Positions 12,658 through 22,582 of a DNA stretch of 64,000 nucleotides are shown one piece after another. Source of the stretch: an uncultured Gemmatimonadales bacterium (lineage in GTDB: Bacteria; Gemmatimonadota; Gemmatimonadetes; Gemmatimonadales; Gemmatimonadaceae); the NCBI GenBank assembly GCA_963701965.1, contig OY969695.1, forward strand, positions 192,001-256,000. The letters run 5' to 3'. Below the pieces are notes generated by a model. It worked only from the letters and a program-made list of their open reading frames with translations, did not search any database and was not told the DNA's origin. Within the stretch, counting starts at the first letter, position 1; the number at the start of each line of letters is the position of its first letter. Both the position numbers and the translations under genes were made by a program.

Positions 12658-13074
12658 TCAACGCAGCTTGGTCCGGGCGAGCCGCTTGGCGTTGGCGACC
12701 GCCTTGCGATGAACCGGCGCGAGCCCCTTGCCGAAGACGCCGAGCGCGGCGTTGTGGAGCTCGACCGCGAGGGCGCTGGCGGCGGCCTTGTTGCTGCGCA
12801 GCGAGGGCGCGGTCCAGAGCGAGCGCGTGAGGGAGAGCGACAGCGCCTGGTGCGAGCGCATCGCCTGCAGCGCCATCGCGTTCCACGATTCGCTGAAGGC
12901 GCTGTTCTTCTCGGCCACCATGCGTGCGAACTCCTTGCGGTCACGCTCGGAAAGCTTCGGCCCTGCCAGCGCGATCCGCGTCATCCGGTGGGCCACGACC
13001 TGCGGCACCGCGGTCGCGAGCTCGCGCGCCTGGATCGCCAATTGGCGCGCGAGCCGCGAACGACGCGGGCTCAT
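12658..13074 (-). CDS. Hypothetical protein (phasin-like)
   Basis: PQVVAHR...DRKEFARMVAEK...PVHRKAVANAKRL. Confidence 0.55.
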   Translation of the reverse strand: MSPRRSRLARQLAIQARELATAVPQVVAHRMTRIALAGPKLSERDRKEFARMVAEKNSAFSESWNAMALQAMRSHQALSLSLTRSLWTAPSLRSNKAAASALAVELHNAALGVFGKGLAPVHRKAVANAKRLARTKLR

Positions 13075-13283
13075 GACGCTACGGCGGCGCAGGTCGCGCA
13101 GACGCACGAAAAGCCGCCATCGAGCGCCGTCGCCCGCGCCAGGGCGGCCGAATCGAGGAGCGCGCTGACGCACCAGCACGGCGCCGCATCGTCGCCACCG
13201 CCCGATGCCATCACGCATCCGTTGGCGCGTTGGCAGAGCGGGCAGACGCTGCCGCGGACGATCGGCTCGGCCAACGCGCTCAT
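13071..13283 (-). CDS. Cysteine-rich CWC family protein
   Basis: CPLCQRANGC, CWC, CVCATC. Confidence 0.8.
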   Translation of the reverse strand: MSALAEPIVRGSVCPLCQRANGCVMASGGGDDAAPCWCVSALLDSAALARATALDGGFSCVCATCAAVAS

Positions 13284-13302
13284 CGGTCGGCGCCGCTCCG
13301 GA

Positions 13303-13668
13303 CTAGGCCTTGGGCACACGCTGGAACTCTCCCCACAACCCGCGGCACTGCCGGTCGAGCGGGCTCGAAGCGGGCGGCGCCGACGCCTTGGCCGCGCTTT
13401 TGGCGACGCGCTGACGCTCGCTCTTGTAGGCGGCGCCGGCACGTGTCTCGGCCAGGCGGGCGGCCGACTTCGCATCGGGCCTGATGCGCCAGAGGCTCAG
13501 ATAGGCTTCGTCGCGGTGCCCGGCCATCTCCGGATAGCGCGCCTCGCATTCGACATAGCTGACGTCGTAGTGCGCCAGCGATTTCGGGTCGTACGGATGG
13601 CTCTGCGCCAGCACCGGCGCGGTGGCGAGCGTGAGGACGACGGCGAGGAGAACAGGAGGGATGCGCAT
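13303..13668 (-). CDS. Secreted hypothetical protein
   Basis: Signal peptide; two Cys. Confidence 0.55.
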   Translation of the reverse strand: MRIPPVLLAVVLTLATAPVLAQSHPYDPKSLAHYDVSYVECEARYPEMAGHRDEAYLSLWRIRPDAKSAARLAETRAGAAYKSERQRVAKSAAKASAPPASSPLDRQCRGLWGEFQRVPKA

Positions 13669-13833
13669 CGAGTGGACCGTTCGAAGTAGGAGAGCGGCAA
13701 CGAGCATATGGCCCGCGCCGGCTCGCGACAAGCCCGGAGTCTAGGCGGCGGCGGAACGAATGCGCACGATGATCGTCGCCCGGCTTCGTCCACCGGCCTG
13801 CCGTCGCCGGCGCGATCGCAGCACATGCGTCGA

Positions 13834-14247
13834 TCAGCCGAATTCCTGGTGTTGCGGCAGCCCGTCGACGATCTCGAACCACGGCGCCTTGGAGCCGACG
13901 AAGATGTGCGCGGATGGCCGGAGCGAGGGCGAATCGACCAGCGTGCCGAGGGTGACGTGGACGTAAGCGCCATCGCGAACGAGCGAGTACAGGAGCGAGC
14001 CGCAGACGGCGCAACGTGCATCGTGGGAGTTAGCGCTGCCGAAGAGCCGCAGACGGTCGCGGCCGTTGGCGATTTCGAGTCGATCGCGCTCGATGCCGGC
14101 GAACGGCTTGAACGCCGAGCCAGTGGCGCGGCGGCAGTTCGAGCAATGGCAGTTCAAGGCATAGCGGAAGTGGTCGTCGACCGTGTACTCGACCGCACCG
14201 CAGAGGCAGCGGCCGGCGAGCCGTCGCGCGGCGGAATGCGTCGGCAT
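13834..14247 (-). CDS. GFA/CENP-V family protein
   Basis: GRCLCG, CHCSNCRR, CAVCGS. Confidence 0.9.
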   Translation of the reverse strand: MPTHSAARRLAGRCLCGAVEYTVDDHFRYALNCHCSNCRRATGSAFKPFAGIERDRLEIANGRDRLRLFGSANSHDARCAVCGSLLYSLVRDGAYVHVTLGTLVDSPSLRPSAHIFVGSKAPWFEIVDGLPQHQEFG

Positions 14248-14632
14248 CAGCGACCGGCATAGTGCGCCGCCGCCATGACGAACGGAAGCACCAGTTCGGG
14301 GATCAGATAGCCGAGCCAGACCGCCGCGGGCCGGGGCAGCCCACCTTGCTGATCGAGAGCAGTCGGCCGCATCCGGCGAGCAGCACGCCGAGCGCGAGCA
14401 GGTAGACCAGCGTGTCCTGCTGGCGCACTGTGAGCCCGGCCCACAGGCAGATGACTCCGGTCCCGAGATAGACGCCGGCCATGAAGCGGTGGACGTTGTC
14501 GAGACGCGGCGAGGTATCGGGCTGGCCGAGGATCATCTGTAGCGAGCCGCCGAAGATCGCGATCGCGGCTGCGAGGAAAAGGCAGGCCTGGACGACGTGC
14601 TGGCTGAGCGTGAGTGGAAGGTCGGCGCTCAT
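14247..14632 (-). CDS. DUF4345-like membrane protein (frameshifted)
   Basis: LDNVHRFMAGVY, GRLLS, four TM segments. Confidence 0.65.
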
Positions 14633-15039
14633 TCAGCGCCTTCGAGGACCAGCTGGGTTTGCGTGACGACGGCGCAGAGCTTGCCGTTGTCGTTCCTGAC
14701 CGAGGTCTGCCAGACCATCGTCGTGCGGCCGCGGTGCAGGGCGATGCACTCGCCCGTGACCGTCGTGTCCAGGCGCGCCCCGGCGATGAACTTGGTGCTC
14801 GAATCGGTGGTCGCCGTGCGCTTTCCCGGCTTCAGGTTGAGCAGCGTTCCGACCGCGCCCAGGGTATCGGCGAACGCCATGTAGGCGCCGCCGTGAAGGA
14901 TGCCGCCGGCGGTGCACAGGTCGGCGCGGACCTTCATCTCGGCGACGACCCGGTCGGGGGCGAGCTCGACCAGGCGCACGCCCATCAGGCCGGGGAAGAG
15001 CGGAGCGAGCAAGGTCTGGAGGGAAGCGAGTTCTGGCAT
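14629..15039 (-). CDS. PaaI family thioesterase
   Basis: GILHGGAYMAFAD; HRGRTTMVW. Confidence 0.9.
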   Translation of the reverse strand: MPELASLQTLLAPLFPGLMGVRLVELAPDRVVAEMKVRADLCTAGGILHGGAYMAFADTLGAVGTLLNLKPGKRTATTDSSTKFIAGARLDTTVTGECIALHRGRTTMVWQTSVRNDNGKLCAVVTQTQLVLEGAE

Positions 15040-15091
15040 CGGGGGCTCCTCGCGGCGGAAAGCGTCGGATCCGCAGGTCGGTTTTCGGCCG

Positions 15092-15304
15092 TTACCTGGA
15101 CTTGCCGCCGAACGCCAGCAACAGGCCGCCGGCGACGACGGCGCCGACGCCGAGCCAGACCGGAACGTTGACCGTCTTCGTCTCCTTGACCGATAGCTCG
15201 AGCGGGCCGAGCTTGACCGCGGTCTTGTCGTCGGTGTAGCTGAAGCCGCCGTAGGCGAGCGCGAGCACGCCGAGGACGATCAGGACGACGGCGGCGATTT
15301 TCAT
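15092..15304 (-). CDS. Small two-TM membrane protein
   Basis: MKIAAVVLIVLGVLALAYGGFSYT...VPVWLG. Confidence 0.75.
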   Translation of the reverse strand: MKIAAVVLIVLGVLALAYGGFSYTDDKTAVKLGPLELSVKETKTVNVPVWLGVGAVVAGGLLLAFGGKSR

Positions 15305-15351
15305 GAGGCTCCTTGGCAGCGGTGGCGCGATTCTGCCGTTGCCGTCGATCG

Positions 15352-15852
15352 TCAGGGCGAGGGGTTCCCGGCAAGGAGCTCGACCTCGGCCTCGACCTCG
15401 ACCGGGATGTCGAACGGCAGCTCGTACAGGCCGACGGCGCTGCGCGAATGCGCGCCGACCGAAGGGCCGTACAGCTCGACGATCAGCTCCGAGAAGCCGT
15501 TGATCACGCTCGGCTGTCGGTTGAACCCTGCCGCCGAGTTGACCATGCCAAGGACGCGGCACCAGGCCGCGACGCGATCGAGGTCGCCGATGGCGCGCTT
15601 CAGGCTGCCGAGCATCGACAACGCCACCAGGCGCGCGGCGGCATGGCCCTGCTCGAGCGACAACTCGCGACCGACCTTGCCGAGCGGCTCGGCAACCGAG
15701 CCGTCGACGTTCTGCGGACCGTGGCCGGAGATGAACGCGCGCGAGCCGACGATCCTGACGAACTGGAACGGCAGGACGACGCCGGGCGGCGGCTTGAGGG
15801 GTGCCGGCAACATGAGACCGAGCGCGGCGAGTTTGGCTTCGACAGCGGCCAT
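15352..15852 (-). CDS. RidA/YjgF family protein
   Basis: SGHGP, GMVNSA, INGFSEL, HSRSAVG. Confidence 0.9.
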   Translation of the reverse strand: MAAVEAKLAALGLMLPAPLKPPPGVVLPFQFVRIVGSRAFISGHGPQNVDGSVAEPLGKVGRELSLEQGHAAARLVALSMLGSLKRAIGDLDRVAAWCRVLGMVNSAAGFNRQPSVINGFSELIVELYGPSVGAHSRSAVGLYELPFDIPVEVEAEVELLAGNPSP

Positions 15853-15854
15853 GG

Positions 15855-16250
15855 TCAGACCTCCTTGTTGGTGACGGCACGGGTCAACGTGCCCGCGCCC
15901 AGAGTGACGTGGAGCATACGGCTCGGTGCGTGGACGCGGGCGGTGTGCCAGACGCCGCGCGGCACGACGACCGCGCCGCGCCCGGCAATGGCAAGCACGC
16001 GAACCCCGTCTTCGTGCTCGAGCAGCAAATCGATCGAGCCCGACAGCAGGTAGACGAACTCGTCGCCGTTCGGGTGCATTTCCCAGGTCGGCCAATCGGC
16101 GACGAACTCGTATTCGGACACGACCCAGTCGCTGCCGACGCGGTCTCGCTCGGCCTGCGCCAGCGACCAGAACGCGTCGCCTCCGGGCAGCGTCTCGGCG
16201 ACGCCGTCGGCGCCGAGGCGAACGTAGCTGTCTTGCGGATTCAAGAGCAT
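15855..16250 (-). CDS. Cupin domain protein
   Basis: WEMHPNGDE; VPRGVWH. Confidence 0.85.
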   Translation of the reverse strand: MLLNPQDSYVRLGADGVAETLPGGDAFWSLAQAERDRVGSDWVVSEYEFVADWPTWEMHPNGDEFVYLLSGSIDLLLEHEDGVRVLAIAGRGAVVVPRGVWHTARVHAPSRMLHVTLGAGTLTRAVTNKEV

Positions 16251-16924
16251 GGCGTATCGCCGCCGATCGGCGCTTCGAGCAGGCAACCGAACTCGCGCGC
16301 GAAGTCGACCGAGACCCGCGCGTGCACCGCGCCCTGCTGGTCGAAGAAGCGCTGGCTGCCGGCGAGGGCGAAGACGCCTTCGTGCCAGATGTCAGGATGG
16401 ATGTAGAGGCCTTGGGCGCCGGCGAATCGAAAGCAGACGAAGCGCTCCGGCGTGACGTCGTCGCCGGGCAGCGCCAACGGCACGTAGAACGGCCGCTGAT
16501 CGAGCGGAAAGAACAGCTGGCCGCCATCGGGGTGGTAGTTGGCGTGCCACAGGATCACGCGCCGCGGCGGATCGGCGTGATCGGTGCGCGCGAGCTCCGG
16601 CGCTTCGCCGTAGCCGAGGATGTAGTGGCCGCCGACGGCTTCGTTGCGGCCGTAGAGGATGTCGCCCTGCCATTCGCTCACGAACACGCCCTCGGTCGTG
16701 CCGCCCTGGTCGCCGGTATCGGCGTCGACCGGACGGCGGCCGCGCGCCGGCCAGCGAACGATCTCGACCCGGCACGCCGCGGGATCGTCGACCAGGCGCC
16801 CATAGCCGAGCAGGCTCTCGGGCGAGGCGTCGACGACCGGCATGCGCACGCGCTTCAGGCCCGCGGGCAGGTCGGGGAACAGGTAGTCGATCGGCGCCGC
16901 CGCGCTGCCGCGATCGCCGATCAC
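16241..16924 (-). CDS. Ureidoglycolate lyase-like protein
   Basis: HANYHPDGGQLF; GLYIHPDIWH. Confidence 0.7.
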   Translation of the reverse strand: MIGDRGSAAAPIDYLFPDLPAGLKRVRMPVVDASPESLLGYGRLVDDPAACRVEIVRWPARGRRPVDADTGDQGGTTEGVFVSEWQGDILYGRNEAVGGHYILGYGEAPELARTDHADPPRRVILWHANYHPDGGQLFFPLDQRPFYVPLALPGDDVTPERFVCFRFAGAQGLYIHPDIWHEGVFALAGSQRFFDQQGAVHARVSVDFAREFGCLLEAPIGGDTPCS

Positions 16925-17373
16925 GATCCGACTCCGCGCGCCATCAGGCTGGCGCACAGCGCCATCGCGAGCAGCAGGATCAGCTCGAAGCGCAGCATGA
17001 CCACGATCCGACGATGCTCCGTGCCCGAAACGACCGGTGCCAGACCTTGCTTCGTCCGTGCGCCCCACTTGATGAAGCGGATTGTCGGGTAGATCGACAG
17101 CAGGCCGACGCCGATGAACAGCGTCAGCTTGGCGCGAAAGAACGGGTTGGACATGTAGAACGCCTGGCCCTTCTCGAAGTAGTAGACGCGCAGGAAGCCG
17201 ACGACAAGGACCACCATGGCGAAGACGCCGAACCACCGGTCGGCGAGCTGGATGCGCCGCGCCTCGGCGAGCGTCGGCGCGCGGCTCATCGTCTGCCACT
17301 CGAGGAAGACGGTGGCGACGATCGCGAAGACCGCCAGGAAATGCAGGAACGCGAAGACGGCGCTGATCGTCAT
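16921..17373 (-). CDS. DUF2214 family membrane protein
   Basis: AFLHFLA, EKGQAFY..NPFF, LLSIYPT, MARGVG. Confidence 0.8.
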   Translation of the reverse strand: MTISAVFAFLHFLAVFAIVATVFLEWQTMSRAPTLAEARRIQLADRWFGVFAMVVLVVGFLRVYYFEKGQAFYMSNPFFRAKLTLFIGVGLLSIYPTIRFIKWGARTKQGLAPVVSGTEHRRIVVMLRFELILLLAMALCASLMARGVGS

Positions 17374-17384
17374 GGCGCAGAACG

Positions 17385-17735
17385 CTAGAGGCGGATGCCG
17401 AAGCGAGGCAACAGCCACAGCATCATCGCGTACGCGGCAGCGGTGGCCGCGCACGAAAGCGCCAGGCTCGGCCAGAAGCCAATGGCTGCGCGCAGCAACG
17501 CCGGGAACAGCGTGAACAGGACCAGCGAAGGCAGGACCAGCCAAAAGATGTTTTGCGAGAGCGCCGCGACGCGTTCCGCGCTCGCCGACTCGGCGTGCAG
17601 CCAGACGAAGGCGAGCAGCGACGTCAGCGGCAGCGATGCCAGCGCCGCAGCCCACAGCGAGTTGCGCTTGGCGAGCTCGGTGACGGCGACGATGACCAGC
17701 GCCGAGACGAGAACCTTGATGACGTAGTGGGTCAC
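17385..17735 (-). CDS. DUF3147 family membrane protein
   Basis: LASLPLTSLLA; IFWLVLPSL. Confidence 0.8.
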   Translation of the reverse strand: MTHYVIKVLVSALVIVAVTELAKRNSLWAAALASLPLTSLLAFVWLHAESASAERVAALSQNIFWLVLPSLVLFTLFPALLRAAIGFWPSLALSCAATAAAYAMMLWLLPRFGIRL

Positions 17736-17750
17736 GGCGTTCGCATTCCT

Positions 17751-18068
17751 TCATCTCAGCGACAGCTTTCTTCGACCCACCGGCCATAAGGCTCGGACAC
17801 CCGCTCGAGAGGCACGGCGTCGATCGCCGGCAACTCGTACTCGTGCAGCTCGCGAATCGCGCTTTCGACCGCCTGGTAGCGCTCGTCGGTCGTCTTGAAG
17901 AGGATCCGGAACTCCGGATCGTTTGCGATCTTCCCCTGCCAGCGCGTAGAAACTTTCGATCGCCGAGATTTCCGCGCACGCCGCCAATCGGCGCTCGACC
18001 AGCGTCCTGGCGACTCTTCGCGCGGACTCCAGGGTGGCCACGGTCGTGGTGACGGCGAGGAGCTTCAT
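17751..18068 (-). CDS. cutA: CutA divalent-cation tolerance protein (frameshifted)
   Basis: LVERRLAACA; second frame LFKTT...HEYELP. Confidence 0.8.
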   Translation of the reverse strand: MKLLAVTTTVATLESARRVARTLVERRLAACAEISAIESFYALAGEDRKRSGVPDPLQDDRRALPGGRKRDSRAARVRVAGDRRRASRAGVRALWPVGRRKLSLR

Positions 18069-18139
18069 CTGCGCGTCGTGTGATCGGCCGGAAAGGATAA
18101 ACCCGCGGCGGCGCCGTTCCGATGGTGTGCTGCGCCGGT

Positions 18140-18656
18140 TCACCGGCAACCGACGGCTTCGGCCACGCCCATCTCCCCGGCGATCAAGGCGAAGTCTGCG
18201 GCCGGGATGTTGGATGTAGCCGAAGCGGAACGCCGCACCCCAGTGCGTCTTGTTCGTGATGAACGACAGGCGCTCCACGAGCGGCTTGATGGCCGCCTCC
18301 ACCGCCTCGCCGAAGAAGCCGATGTCGATGCGGTACGGCTCGAAGTCGTCGGCCATCTGTACCTGGTAGATCGTGCCGGTGGTAACGATGCCGATGGCCG
18401 TGAAGCGCTGCAGCGGCTGACCGTCCGGGTACGACGTTCGCGGCGAGTACATCACCAGCCCGTCGCCGGCATGCATGCGCCGCAGTGGCGCACGCTTGCC
18501 GTGGCTGAGCTGGATGAAGCCACCTTCGACGCCGACACGAACATGCTCGCGCGAGACGACGCCGACCCAGAATTGGCGTCGCGCCGTCGCCACTTCAAGC
18601 GTGGCGCCAGTTGTCGCCTTCCTGCGGGAGGTGCTCACCTGTCGCCCCGCGCTCAC
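18140..18656 (-). CDS. EVE domain protein (frameshift near C-terminus)
   Basis: GVVSREHV..G..GGFIQLSHGK; YSP; WGAAFRFG. Confidence 0.85.
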
Positions 18657-19447
18657 CAGCGCCACACCTCGGACGGGTTCAGCCAGGGGACGCGCTGCTT
18701 CGCCGAGCTCAGCGCTTCTTCACCCGATTCGAACCGCAGCTCGGAGAACCTGTTCAGCGATTGCCAGCGACTGCTGCCGTCGAGCTCGCTGCGATATTGC
18801 TCGAAGCCGAAGGTGCCGTCCGCTCGCGCGAAGACATCGACGCACCGGGCACCGTCAGCGTCTTCGAACGAAGCGAGAACTTGGTCGTGCCCAGGCCACA
18901 TCGTCGCAACCCGCGAAAGGATGAATTGCGCCCTCGCCGACACCGGACCGCGCGGGACTTCGGCCAGGCGATAGCCCGCCGCTCGATACGCCGCCAGTTC
19001 GGCCTGGTGACCCGCGACGCCTTGTTCGTACGGGTGCCGCCTCTCGGCGTCGTTGACGTAGATCTCGGGCCAGGGCGCCGTGAAGAAGACGACCGGGTGG
19101 TAGCGATAGTCCGCGGCGGCCGCGACGAACGGCGCCTGCTCGATGGCGCTCAGTTCGTTCGCATGACCCAGGCATTCCGGGATGCCCCGGTCGAAGAACA
19201 CCGGCCGCGAGCGCTCGGCGACGGATTCGAACGCCCGGATGTATCCCGCCAGAAGGAGCTCCATGAACTTGCGATGGTCCTGCCAGGGTGTCGCGTCCCC
19301 GCCGGTCGCAAGCTGGCCGCGAACGACCTGCCGGCCGACTTCTTCGACGCACGGGTATCGAAGCGACGACAGCGCTGCGAGGATCGACGACTTGCCCGAG
19401 CCCGAGGCGCCGGTCAGGACGAAGAAGTTGCGGCGCTCGGTCGTCAT
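18653..19447 (-). CDS. AAA_28-type ATPase with extra C-terminal module
   Basis: [26 protein letters not shown]; tail RCVDVFARADGTFGFE. Confidence 0.8.
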   Translation of the reverse strand: MTTERRNFFVLTGASGSGKSSILAALSSLRYPCVEEVGRQVVRGQLATGGDATPWQDHRKFMELLLAGYIRAFESVAERSRPVFFDRGIPECLGHANELSAIEQAPFVAAAADYRYHPVVFFTAPWPEIYVNDAERRHPYEQGVAGHQAELAAYRAAGYRLAEVPRGPVSARAQFILSRVATMWPGHDQVLASFEDADGARCVDVFARADGTFGFEQYRSELDGSSRWQSLNRFSELRFESGEEALSSAKQRVPWLNPSEVWRW

Positions 19448-19475
19448 GGTCGCGAAGCGGGCCCTCGCGCCCGGC

Positions 19476-20051
19476 TCACCGCCCTCGCGCCGGGCGCCAT
19501 TCGTCGCGAAGAAGGCCGTACATCTCGACGTCCTTGACTTCGCCCTTGGTCACCCAACGCTGGCGCAGCAGGCCTTCCTTGGTGAAGCCGAGTCTTTGCA
19601 GCAGGCGCGTAGACGGCCGGTTGCGCGGATCCACCTCCGCTTCGAGGCGGCGCAAGGCCAGGCCGGCGAACGCGCTGTCGATCAGGGCCTGAAGCGCTTC
19701 GTGCATCAGACCGGAACCCCAGTGGGGCCGCCCCAGCACATAGCCGAGCTCGGCGCGAGCGCTTCCTCCTTCGTACCGGAACAGCAGGCAGGTGCCGATC
19801 GCCAGGCCCGACGATTTGCTCACCACGACGAATTGAAGTGCCAGCCCGGTGGCCTGGATGCCTTCCATCCGCTTGAGCCATGCCTCGGCATCGGCCATCG
19901 ACTGCCACCTGGCATAGGGCAGCAACGCAGTGACTTCTTCGTTCGAGTTGACCTCGAGCAGCGCGGGCAAATCCGACCTGGCGACGAGTCGAACGACGAG
20001 GCGCTCGGACTCGATCGGACCCGGCGCGGCCAGTGCGAGGCCTGGGTTCAT
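19476..20051 (-). CDS. GNAT acetyltransferase (RimJ/RimL)
   Basis: AELGY, HWGSGLMHEA, LGFTKEGLLR. Confidence 0.9.
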   Translation of the reverse strand: MNPGLALAAPGPIESERLVVRLVARSDLPALLEVNSNEEVTALLPYARWQSMADAEAWLKRMEGIQATGLALQFVVVSKSSGLAIGTCLLFRYEGGSARAELGYVLGRPHWGSGLMHEALQALIDSAFAGLALRRLEAEVDPRNRPSTRLLQRLGFTKEGLLRQRWVTKGEVKDVEMYGLLRDEWRPARGR

Positions 20052-20434
20052 GGGGTCAGCTGGAGCAGCGTCGCCGCGCACTTCTCCTGCAGCACCGACA
20101 ACGGCGCAGCGGTCCATTGCTGAGAGATGGTGGCGATGACGGACTGGATGTCGCGTTCGAAAGGAACCCTGGTCCTCTCCGCGTCGGCGCGAAGAAACGC
20201 CTCCCCGGACGCCAGGCGGTCCTTGTTCGTCGCAAGCCAGGCGCGAAATGCCGGGTCGAACCGGGCCGAGTAGCCGGTGATGCGCTCGGAGCAGGCGGCC
20301 GCCTTCCTGGGCAAGACCTGCGAGTCCAGAAACAGCAGCGCGTCCTGCTCCGGGGTGGTGACGACCTGTGCCGATACGGGGGCTGAAGCCGCGATCCCGA
20401 GAGCGACCGCCAAGGCAAGCGAATTCCTGCGCAT
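20048..20434 (-). CDS. Secreted hypothetical protein
   Basis: Signal peptide; two Cys. Confidence 0.6.
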   Translation of the reverse strand: MRRNSLALAVALGIAASAPVSAQVVTTPEQDALLFLDSQVLPRKAAACSERITGYSARFDPAFRAWLATNKDRLASGEAFLRADAERTRVPFERDIQSVIATISQQWTAAPLSVLQEKCAATLLQLTP

Positions 20435-20534
20435 GGGTTCGATGATCCTATGGTGGTGAGATGCCTTTGTTGCGCAAGCGCCAGACCGAATGAAACGTCG
20501 TCATGCCGGCATTTCATTCGCGGTCGACGATAGC

Positions 20535-21013
20535 TCAGTAGGGCGTTCCGTCCTTGTGAATGAATCGCCGCTGGCCGTCGACGAGCACTCCCTGCAGACC
20601 GTCGTCCGGATAGCTGCCCTCGTCTCCCGGCGTTCTGTCACCGGCTTCGAGGTAAGTGACGTCTTGCGACGTCTGATTCAGGAGGCGGTGAGCATTTCCC
20701 GAGCCCGCCTTGAATCCCGCGCAGATGCCGGGCGCGAGCTGCACCTGACCTTCGTTGGTATAAAGCGTCGGGTTGCCGCGCAGATGTACACGAATTCATC
20801 TTGCATCGAGTGGGCATGGCGAAGGGTGGACACCGTGCCAGGCGCAAGTCGAGTGAGATTGACGCCGAAGCTCTTCAGGCCGAAGAGATCGCCGAGTGGT
20901 CGCTTTTCTCGGCCGGCCATCCAGGACGCGAACGGCTCCGGGTAGTTCGACGCGCGGGCCCGCACCGGGGCCTCGGCGGCGATGATTGCGTCAGGGTTGC
21001 GCGATTCGGGCAT
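20535..21013 (-). CDS. Cupin domain protein (frameshifted)
   Basis: LGDLFGLKSFGVNL, LRHAH..QDE, HKDGTPY. Confidence 0.85.
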
Positions 21014-21028
21014 GGCGTCTTCTCGGGT

Positions 21029-21424
21029 TCATTGCTCTGTCGCCGGCCAGAGGCCGGAGACCGCCACCGCTTCTTCGTCTCCCGGCCAGGGCGGCATGGT
21101 GACTCCAAGCGCCGCGACGGCCTCCGTATCCGACGCGCGGAACTGAAATTGCGTGCCAGCGGGAATCGTCAGGCAGACGCCTGGCTCCAACACGACCACC
21201 TCTTCGCGTTCGGCCTGCCGGCGCCACATTTCGCCGCGCCCGGACACGACGAACCAGATCTCCTCGACGCTGCGATGGCTGACGGCGCGAGAAACCATCC
21301 CGGCCTTCAGCTCGAAGTGCGCCATGCTGCCCGACGCCAATGCCAGCAGGACCCGGACGTCCGAGCCATCCGGCGCGATCACGGTGGGTTTCGAAGGGAG
21401 CGATGACGTGGCGAAGGCGGTCAT
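21029..21424 (-). CDS. Cupin domain protein
   Basis: APDGSDVR; HRSVEEIW; TMPPWPG. Confidence 0.85.
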   Translation of the reverse strand: MTAFATSSLPSKPTVIAPDGSDVRVLLALASGSMAHFELKAGMVSRAVSHRSVEEIWFVVSGRGEMWRRQAEREEVVVLEPGVCLTIPAGTQFQFRASDTEAVAALGVTMPPWPGDEEAVAVSGLWPATEQ

Positions 21425-21445
21425 GCATTCATGACGGTCGAGGCG

Positions 21446-21985
21446 TCAGGCGCCGAGCTGCAGCGCCTCGCTCGAGAGCAGAGACACCCGCGGGCCGAAG
21501 CTCGAGATGTTGCTCAGCGTGGCGTTGTGGTGCTGAATCACCTGGCGCGGCGAGATGTGCTCGTTGCCCTCGGTCGTGTGTGCGTCCGCCACCAGAGTGA
21601 CCGGATAACCGAGGGCGAGCGCCCTGCGCGTGGTCGTGTCGACACAGAACTCCGTATGCAGGCCGCAGATGATCAGGTCGGTGATGGCCCGCTCCTTCAG
21701 CACCGATTCGAGCGTGGTGTGCAAGAAGGAGTCCGGCGTGGTCTTGCGGATGCGCAGGTCGGAAGACTCGACATGCAATCCCCGCGCGAGCTGCCACCCG
21801 TGCGAGTCGTGCGCCAGGACTCCGGATCTCGACTCGTGCTGGATGAAGACGACCGGAACGTTCGCCGCGCGAGCCTTGCTCGAGACTTGATTGATTCGGC
21901 AAATGACTTCGGACGATTCGAAGGCCGCGTGCTCGCCCTCGCACAGACCTTGCTGAACGTCGATGACGAGAAGCGCCGTTGCCAT
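21446..21985 (-). CDS. Isochorismatase/cysteine hydrolase
   Basis: ALLVIDVQ, KTTPDSF, TEFCVDTT. Confidence 0.9.
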   Translation of the reverse strand: MATALLVIDVQQGLCEGEHAAFESSEVICRINQVSSKARAANVPVVFIQHESRSGVLAHDSHGWQLARGLHVESSDLRIRKTTPDSFLHTTLESVLKERAITDLIICGLHTEFCVDTTTRRALALGYPVTLVADAHTTEGNEHISPRQVIQHHNATLSNISSFGPRVSLLSSEALQLGA

Positions 21986-22023
21986 GGCTGCAGATTTTGA
22001 GTCGTCGGAAAGAGGCGCCGCCA

Positions 22024-22470
22024 CTAGCCCGGAATCTCGGGCTCGACCAGCGTCGCCAGCTGCATCAGCGACTCCTGCCAGCCGAGATAGCACATCTCGA
22101 GGGGAATCGCCTCGGGGATGCCTTCCTGGAGCACCGACAGCTCGGTGCCGCACGTTACCGCCTCGAGGGTGACGGTCACCTGGAGCAGGCCGGGCAAGTT
22201 GGGATCGTCGAACTTGTCGGTATAGCGGATGAGCCGGTTCGGGACCAGCTCGACGTAGTCGCCGCCGAACGAGTGCGAGTTGCCGGTCGAGAAGTTCCGG
22301 AACGACATCTTGAATGTTCCGCCGACGACGGCCTGCAGGTGATGAACCGTGCAGGTGAAGCCATGCGGCGGCAGCCACTTCGCCATGGCGTCCGCTTCGA
22401 GAAAGGCGCGATAGACCTTCTCGGGCTTGGCTCGAAGGACTCGATGGAGGCGGACACTGCGGGACGACAT
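22024..22470 (-). CDS. SRPBCC family protein
   Basis: KWLPPHGF; CYLGWQESL. Confidence 0.9.
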   Translation of the reverse strand: MSSRSVRLHRVLRAKPEKVYRAFLEADAMAKWLPPHGFTCTVHHLQAVVGGTFKMSFRNFSTGNSHSFGGDYVELVPNRLIRYTDKFDDPNLPGLLQVTVTLEAVTCGTELSVLQEGIPEAIPLEMCYLGWQESLMQLATLVEPEIPG

Positions 22471-22582
22471 GACGAATCTCCTTGGCGTGATGGGTGATGA
22501 GAGCGGGCGATCCTCGTTACGCGCGCGCGAACTGCAATTCGCATGGGGACGGCGGTCATCGAGGTTTGATGCCGAAGTAGGC

